From contig CAXWPH010000015.1 in the NCBI GenBank assembly GCA_963666055.2, forward strand, positions 1,472,001-1,536,000: DNA of 64,000 nucleotides, in the 5' to 3' direction. Position numbers and translations under genes: made by a program. The notes beneath the pieces were generated by a model. It worked only from the letters and a program-made list of their open reading frames with translations. It was not told the DNA's origin and ran no database searches. This document shows, one piece after another, positions 58,349 to 64,000 of this stretch. Numbering within the stretch: position 1 is the stretch's first letter; the number at the start of each line of letters is the position of its first letter. This DNA is from Acidobacteriota bacterium (lineage in GTDB: Bacteria > Acidobacteriota > UBA890 > WLXD01).

Positions 58349-60811
58349 CTATTGGATATACCCGAGTGCCCGCAGCTTCTCCAGCTCCTCGGCAGACATG
58401 CTCTCCGTCGATCCTTCCTCGATGCGCGCCGCCAACGCCGACTCGAGCCACATGTCGAGCTCCCCGGCGAGCTGCTCGACGACGTCGAGGTGGTCGCTGG
58501 CGACGTCGTTCTGATCGAGCGGGTCCTCATCGTAGTCGAACAGCTCGTACTCCGGGCGGTCGACGGGACGCTCGGTATTGTGAATCAGCTTCCAGCCGTC
58601 GGCAACGATCACGTAGCTTGCGGCCTCGTCCTCGAACAACTGCTCGCTGGCGTTCATCGCTCGCTCGGCGAACGCAGGTCGCGGGATCCAGCCGAGAGAG
58701 GTCGGAGCGTCTGGACGCGCCATCAGCGGCACCAGGCTCTGACCTTGTGCCTGCTGGGGTACCGGAATGCGCGCCAAGTCGAGCAGCGTCGGGTAGACGT
58801 CGATCGACTGCACCACGGTGCCGATGTGGCGCGCCGGGATCACGCCCGGCCAGGAGAAAAGTAACGGCACGTTGAGCATCTCGCCGTAGGCGGTCACACC
58901 GTGCCAGTGATGGCCGTGCTCGAGGAACTCCTCGCCGTGATCACTCATGAACACGATCAAGGTATCGTCGCGCCGCCCCAGCGCGTCGAGCTTCTCGAGC
59001 AGCCGGCCCATCTCGACGTCCATTGCCTTGATCGAGGCGTCGTACCAGTCGATCTCGGCATCGAGGAAGATGTCGGCGTCGACACCGGCTTCCGCCAGGG
59101 TCTCGACGCTCGGGAGCATCTGGCTCTTCATGAGCCCGGGCTCCATGATCTCCACGGCTGCCGCCAGGTTCTCGCGATGCTGCTCGGCCTCGGCGTCGTC
59201 CATGTACGTGCCGTCGTACGGCCCGTAGGGCTCGAATGGGCTGTGAGGATCGAAGACATGCAGGAACGCGAAGAAGGGGCTGTCGCGGTGCGCCTCCAGC
59301 CACGGCAGCAGCCGATCCACGAAGGTGCGCGCGGTCTTGGAGCCGCTGTGATCGAGGTCGCCGACCGAAGCGGCTTCGTGCAACACCTCGACGCCTTGAT
59401 GGAGGTTGGTCATACGCCCGGTGAATGGCACCGAGGAGGTATGGAAGGTGGCGTAGCCGGCCTGCTGGAAGACCTCGGCGAGCGTCGCCACCGACGACGG
59501 CAGGCGGTCCGGCGTATCGACGATCCCGTGGCTGCTGGGGTACAAGGAGGTCAAGATCGAGGCGACCGAGATCTTGGTCCAGGTTGCCTGTGAGACGTCC
59601 TTGGTGAATACGGCGCCCTCTTCGGCGAGCGCTGCCAGGTTGGGAGCGTTGTCGCGCTCCCCGCCGTGCCATGGAAGGTGATCGCGTCGCAGTGTGTCCG
59701 CCACGATCAACAACACCCCGCGCGGCGCTGGGGTATCGCCGGCGAGCTCGATACGTGCCTCCGAGGCGCGCGCCGTGCGGGTGACGTCGTCACGCTGGCG
59801 GATCACCGGGGTGCCCCAGTAGGCGATTGTGCCGTCGACCTCGGCGCTGGCCTGCAGGGCCAACGTGACGGATTCGCCAGCGAGATCGCGCAGGTCGATG
59901 GCAATCGGCTCCCAGCGGTCAGCCGTGGTCACCGTGTGCACGAGCAGCGCCGATTCCTGGTCTCCGGCGGTGACGTTGACTCGGAACGTCACCGGGTCGG
60001 GCTCGATCGTACCCAGGTGTAGCTCGAGCCAGGGTCGGGACGGCAAGTCCACAACGAAGGAGACGCGCTCCGGGGTTCGCGTCACCACGGTCTCGCGGAA
60101 GATGTTCGCTTGCCCCTGCCAACCGAGCCCGGATTCGACCGAGCGCAGGTGCTCGCGCCGCGAGACGATGCGGATCGACTCGATGGCGAATTCGGTGCCA
60201 TCGACGTCGGTCGGACGAAGCACGAGGTGGCGTATGCCCTCCAGGCGCAGTGTCGTGTTGAACGAGCTGCGCGTCGACAGCGCAAGGGTCTGCAGCTCAT
60301 CGCCGGGAATCAGCGGCGTGCTCGCCTGGGCACCTGCAATGCTGGCGGCTGCCCCCAGCGTCTGCTCCTCGTTGAGTGTCTCGTCGGAGGAAAAGCTGGC
60401 GCCGGTACGAGTTCCCGCCGAGACCCGCATGCGCAGCTGGATCTCATGAAGCTCGTCGCCGAGCGTCACGCCATCGGGGATGGCGACGACGAGCAGACCG
60501 ACATCGCCGGTGGTTCGCCCGACGAGAAGGCCGTCGCGCGTCTGCAAACCTCCGATCGCGCCAATGCCCCGCCAGCCCAAAGTTGTGCCGGCGGTGGAAT
60601 CTCCCGGCGAAGTTCCCGTGGCGAAGTCCCAGACGACCGGTTCGATTGGATCGGGCGTCGGCGTCCCTTCGACGGTCGCGTCTCCTATGCGGTCGACCAG
60701 CCGGATGGTGACGGGCTCCGACGACGAGTCGGCGCCGCAGCCGGTGATCACCACGACTGCAAGAACCAGGGTGAGGAGTTTCGGGCTAGGCCGACAGCGG
60801 GCTGTCGTCAT
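58349..60811 (-). CDS. Sulfatase-like (alkaline phosphatase superfamily) lipoprotein
   Basis: ADTLRRDH, DPHSPF, SDHGEEF, VPLL and C-terminal LRALGY. Confidence 0.88.
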   Translation of the reverse strand: MTTARCRPSPKLLTLVLAVVVITGCGADSSSEPVTIRLVDRIGDATVEGTPTPDPIEPVVWDFATGTSPGDSTAGTTLGWRGIGAIGGLQTRDGLLVGRTTGDVGLLVVAIPDGVTLGDELHEIQLRMRVSAGTRTGASFSSDETLNEEQTLGAAASIAGAQASTPLIPGDELQTLALSTRSSFNTTLRLEGIRHLVLRPTDVDGTEFAIESIRIVSRREHLRSVESGLGWQGQANIFRETVVTRTPERVSFVVDLPSRPWLELHLGTIEPDPVTFRVNVTAGDQESALLVHTVTTADRWEPIAIDLRDLAGESVTLALQASAEVDGTIAYWGTPVIRQRDDVTRTARASEARIELAGDTPAPRGVLLIVADTLRRDHLPWHGGERDNAPNLAALAEEGAVFTKDVSQATWTKISVASILTSLYPSSHGIVDTPDRLPSSVATLAEVFQQAGYATFHTSSVPFTGRMTNLHQGVEVLHEAASVGDLDHSGSKTARTFVDRLLPWLEAHRDSPFFAFLHVFDPHSPFEPYGPYDGTYMDDAEAEQHRENLAAAVEIMEPGLMKSQMLPSVETLAEAGVDADIFLDAEIDWYDASIKAMDVEMGRLLEKLDALGRRDDTLIVFMSDHGEEFLEHGHHWHGVTAYGEMLNVPLLFSWPGVIPARHIGTVVQSIDVYPTLLDLARIPVPQQAQGQSLVPLMARPDAPTSLGWIPRPAFAERAMNASEQLFEDEAASYVIVADGWKLIHNTERPVDRPEYELFDYDEDPLDQNDVASDHLDVVEQLAGELDMWLESALAARIEEGSTESMSAEELEKLRALGYIQ

Positions 60812-60939
60812 CAGATCTCTCCTGGCAGTGAGGTTGCTGGTATAGCGAGATCACCAAACCGGCACCCCGCGATTCTCTGGTGATGCATGGCTGGCGCAAG
60901 GGAGCGTCGCAGACCCTGTCGCCAGGCTACTAGCATCGA

Positions 60940-62484
60940 TCACGGCCGAATGACGCCGACGTTGGCCTCGATCTCGATCACCGTGCCGAAAGGTGCTGAC
61001 ATCTTGGCCAGCCTCTGGAGGATTTGCTGCGCCACCTCTGCCTCGGCCAGCCGCGGCACGCCGCTCTCGGTCAGCCGACGGCCATGGCCGAGATCGACCG
61101 GGTACAGGCGCAGCTCAGCGAGCTGTCCGCCCTCGTAGCGACTCACCGGTACGACGGTCTGGTACACCAGCTCGTCGTTGAAGCCGGACTTGGGCCCGGC
61201 CATCATCAGGAACAGCTCTGCGTCGGTGACATCGTGTCCCACGCCGAAAGTCGTGTCGAGATCGTCGGCGTAGCGCTCGTAGTAGTCGTTGCCGAACGGG
61301 CCCTGTATGTCGCTCCAGAAGAAGTCGCCCAACCCGTAGAAAATCGGCCGACCCTTGTAGATCTCGATTGGGCGCAACCGGTGCGTGCCGGTGCCCACGA
61401 AAGCGTCGGCCCCGGCGTCGATGGCGGCGCGCGCAAACGTCGGCAAGAAGTCGGCCAGCTTGTCATGGCCGAGCCCGGTCTGGTGCACGTGGATCGACAC
61501 GACCAGGAAGTCCGACAGTTGCTTTCCCTGCCTCACGCTGTGGAGGTTTTCGTGCAGGTCGATCTCGTTCATCTCGTACCGGTAGCCGGGTTCGTCACCC
61601 AGACGGAAGCTCGTGTTGAAGAGACTCAGCTCCTCCGGGAGTCGCTGCTCGCCACTACCCGAGTGCTCACCGGTCAGCCCTTCGTAGTCGTCCGGATCCG
61701 AGTTTCCATCCGGGCGTGCGGTGCCGACATTGTTGAGTCGCCGTTGTTCGTCGACGGCATCGCGTAGGCCCACCAGCGACCGCATCATCGCTTCGGTGAC
61801 CATCGTGTGGCGGATCGTCTTCAGAACATTGAGCCCCGGCCGACCTGGAGCGGCGCCTCGTGGCGGGGCCGCTTCGGAGAACTCGGCGAAGGTGGACGCC
61901 ACCGATACCAAGCCGACTCGCCCCTTCGGTGTCTCGAGGAAGCGTGGCGCTCGCGCTTCGGCACGATGCTCGCCCGAGCCAGCGTGCACCAGCCCGGCGC
62001 GGTCTAGCCACCGGCTAGTCTCACGCATGCCGGCTCGCCCCCAGTCGAGCGCGTGGTTGTTGGAACGCGAGAACATATCGAACCCGAGATCCTTGAGGTC
62101 CTGGGCGGTCTGCGGGGTGGCGATGCACCAGCAGCCGCCGTCTTCGGCCTCGGGGTAGCCTGCAAACCTTCGTATGTCGATGAGGCTGGTCTCGAAGTTG
62201 CCGAGGCTCACGTCGGCCTCGCGAATGATCTTCATCACGGCTGCGAAGGCCGGGTCGGTTTCGAGCATCTGGGAATGCGGTCGGGCGATGATGCAATCGC
62301 CGACTGCCGCGAAGGTGAAGCCGTCGTCAATGCTGGTGGCGATCTCGGCGCTGAGCGGTCGCTGCGGGTCGAGCAACGCTTGATTGGACTCGTTGTCCTG
62401 AGCCCCGAGGCTGGTGGCACCGGCGGCCCAGACGAGCGCCACGGCGAGAGCGATAACCACTGAGCATCGGATGCGGAATCGCAT
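60940..62484 (-). CDS. CapA-family metallophosphoesterase
   Basis: AVGDCI, GNFET, SNNHALDWG, SIHVHQ, GTHRLRPIEIYKGRPIFYGLG. Confidence 0.88.
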   Translation of the reverse strand: MRFRIRCSVVIALAVALVWAAGATSLGAQDNESNQALLDPQRPLSAEIATSIDDGFTFAAVGDCIIARPHSQMLETDPAFAAVMKIIREADVSLGNFETSLIDIRRFAGYPEAEDGGCWCIATPQTAQDLKDLGFDMFSRSNNHALDWGRAGMRETSRWLDRAGLVHAGSGEHRAEARAPRFLETPKGRVGLVSVASTFAEFSEAAPPRGAAPGRPGLNVLKTIRHTMVTEAMMRSLVGLRDAVDEQRRLNNVGTARPDGNSDPDDYEGLTGEHSGSGEQRLPEELSLFNTSFRLGDEPGYRYEMNEIDLHENLHSVRQGKQLSDFLVVSIHVHQTGLGHDKLADFLPTFARAAIDAGADAFVGTGTHRLRPIEIYKGRPIFYGLGDFFWSDIQGPFGNDYYERYADDLDTTFGVGHDVTDAELFLMMAGPKSGFNDELVYQTVVPVSRYEGGQLAELRLYPVDLGHGRRLTESGVPRLAEAEVAQQILQRLAKMSAPFGTVIEIEANVGVIRP

Positions 62485-62636
62485 CGACAGGCCTCCGATT
62501 CAACATTCCTGCGTGCACTCGGACTGGAAACAGCGTCTACTGCAGATGCGACGCGAGTGCAACCCAGGCATCAAGCCTGACGCCAACAGGTACCCATCAC
62601 GAAGGCGAAGTGCCGCCTCGCCGAGGCGTACATAGC

Positions 62637-62726
62637 GAGCGGTTCTTGGATACGAAGCTGGTGACGCTCGATCGGCGGTTACTACAGGCCTTCCCCGAGT
62701 CGACGGTACTTTTGGGCGCTTGCTGA
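62637..62726 (+). pseudogene. Relic C-terminus of a PIN/VapC toxin
   Basis: ERFLDTKLVTLDRRLLQAFPESTV* resembles the LVT.D..LL.AFP VapC end; no N-terminal part found. Confidence 0.5.
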
Positions 62727-62812
62727 GGGCGCAGCTCAGAACTGATCGCCTCGGCGTCGTACCATGAAGTCGAGCTCTCCCGCGCCGCACGGTGTAGTCA
62801 CCGAGGCCTGAG

Positions 62813-64000
62813 ATGAACGCGTTCGTTGCGACCTATGGAGCCCTTGCAGCCATTCCGGTGGTCGCGACGGTCTGCGCAGTGTGCCTGCTGGCGCTGACGC
62901 TGGGCTTTCGCGGCGCGCGCCTGCCTATCTGGACGCTCGTCGGTGCGGCGATGCTCTGGGGCCTCGGCGCGCCGATCTGGGCTTGGATGCTATTCGCTGC
63001 GCCGGCGCTGGTGTTCAACGTCGGCCCGCTGCGCCGACCGCTGGCGACGGCGCCGGTGATGGCCATCATTCGTAGGCTGCAACTGCTGCCGCGTATCTCC
63101 GACACCGAGCGCGTTGCCATCGAGGCGGGCACGGTGTGGGTCGATCGTGAGCTGTTCTCTGGCAAGCCCGATCTCGACCGCCTGCTCAGCGAGCCCTATC
63201 CCGGACTGACTGCCGAGGAGCAGGCCTTTCTCGACGGACCCGTCGAGGAGGTCTGCCGTCTCACCGACGACTACGAGGTTTCGCGGCAGCGTGTGCTTCC
63301 GAAAGAGGTCTGGGAGCTCTACGCGAGGCACCGCTTCTTCGGCATGATCATACCGAAGGAATACGGTGGCCTGGGATTCTCCGCCTCGGCCAACAGCGCG
63401 GTGGTCGGGAAGCTTTCCTCGCGATCGACACAGCTACAGGTGAACGTCGGCGTAACGAACTCGCTCGGGCCGGCGGAACTGCTGATCCGTTACGGCACCG
63501 ACGAGCAGAAGAACTACTACCTTCCACGCCTGGCACGCGCCGAGGAGATTCCGTGCTTCGCGCTCACCGAGCCGGGCGCGGGCTCCGACGCCGGCTCCTT
63601 GACCTCCCATGGAACGGTATTTTGCGACGATGATGGCGAGCTGCGGCTGCGACTGACCTGGGACAAGCGCTATATCACCCTGGCCCCCGTTTCGACCCTT
63701 ATTGGCTTGGCCTTTCAGCTGCGCGATCCTGAAAACCTGTGGGGCAAAGGTACGACCCCGGGCATCACCTGTGCGCTGATCCCCGCCGATACGCCAGGCG
63801 TCGACGTGAGCCTACGGCACGATCCGCTCGGCCCGCCTTTCCATAACGGGCCGACCGTAGGCACGGACGTGGTGGTCGGCCTCGACGCCATCATCGGCGG
63901 GCCGGACGGAGCCGGCAGAGGTTGGCAGATGCTCATGGAGTGCCTGGCGGCCGGTCGCGGTATCTCGCTACCGGGTTCGGCGGCCGGGGGTGTCAAGACC
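62813..64000 (+). CDS. fadE: FadE-type acyl-CoA dehydrogenase; runs off the right edge
   Basis: Open frame: LPRISDTERVAIEAG, GMIIPKEYGG, NSLGP, CFALTEP.AGSDA, KRYITLAP and MECLAAGRGISLP. Confidence 0.92.
   Translation, partial: MNAFVATYGALAAIPVVATVCAVCLLALTLGFRGARLPIWTLVGAAMLWGLGAPIWAWMLFAAPALVFNVGPLRRPLATAPVMAIIRRLQLLPRISDTERVAIEAGTVWVDRELFSGKPDLDRLLSEPYPGLTAEEQAFLDGPVEEVCRLTDDYEVSRQRVLPKEVWELYARHRFFGMIIPKEYGGLGFSASANSAVVGKLSSRSTQLQVNVGVTNSLGPAELLIRYGTDEQKNYYLPRLARAEEIPCFALTEPGAGSDAGSLTSHGTVFCDDDGELRLRLTWDKRYITLAPVSTLIGLAFQLRDPENLWGKGTTPGITCALIPADTPGVDVSLRHDPLGPPFHNGPTVGTDVVVGLDAIIGGPDGAGRGWQMLMECLAAGRGISLPGSAAGGVKT

Noticed and set aside
1-64000. Genome-wide TAG reassignment
   Set aside because: Many complete genes here end at TAG (e.g. 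1301, 6204, 10096, 16244, 21998, 26978, 51144).

Overview
High-GC bacterial chromosomal segment. The Ser/Thr kinase-PD40 fusion, many exported serine hydrolases, a PQQ enzyme, CapA and a sulfatase-like protein suggest Acidobacteriota or a similar lineage (inference). It encodes about 50 mostly catabolic or exported enzymes, four intact type II toxin-antitoxin modules, ppsA-addB-addA, an ARH-metV-metF-rbsK operon and an XRE-MmyB regulator with three copies of a likely operator (ATTAC-N7-GTAAT). No rRNA, tRNA, CRISPR array, transposase or integrase was recognised. Main unexplained signals: (1) two adjacent convergent genes each have an in-frame TAG where the family normally has Trp, with intact frames beyond it; (2) two long fold-back palindromic elements (278 and 167 bp) bounded by YTAG, one abutting a half-copy of the other; (3) a translationally coupled pair of unannotated, probably paralogous lipoproteins with possible TULIP/BPI-like fold; (4) an AddB lacking all Fe-S cysteines; (5) several deletion relics of genes. 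All calls come from reading motifs by eye; no searches were run.
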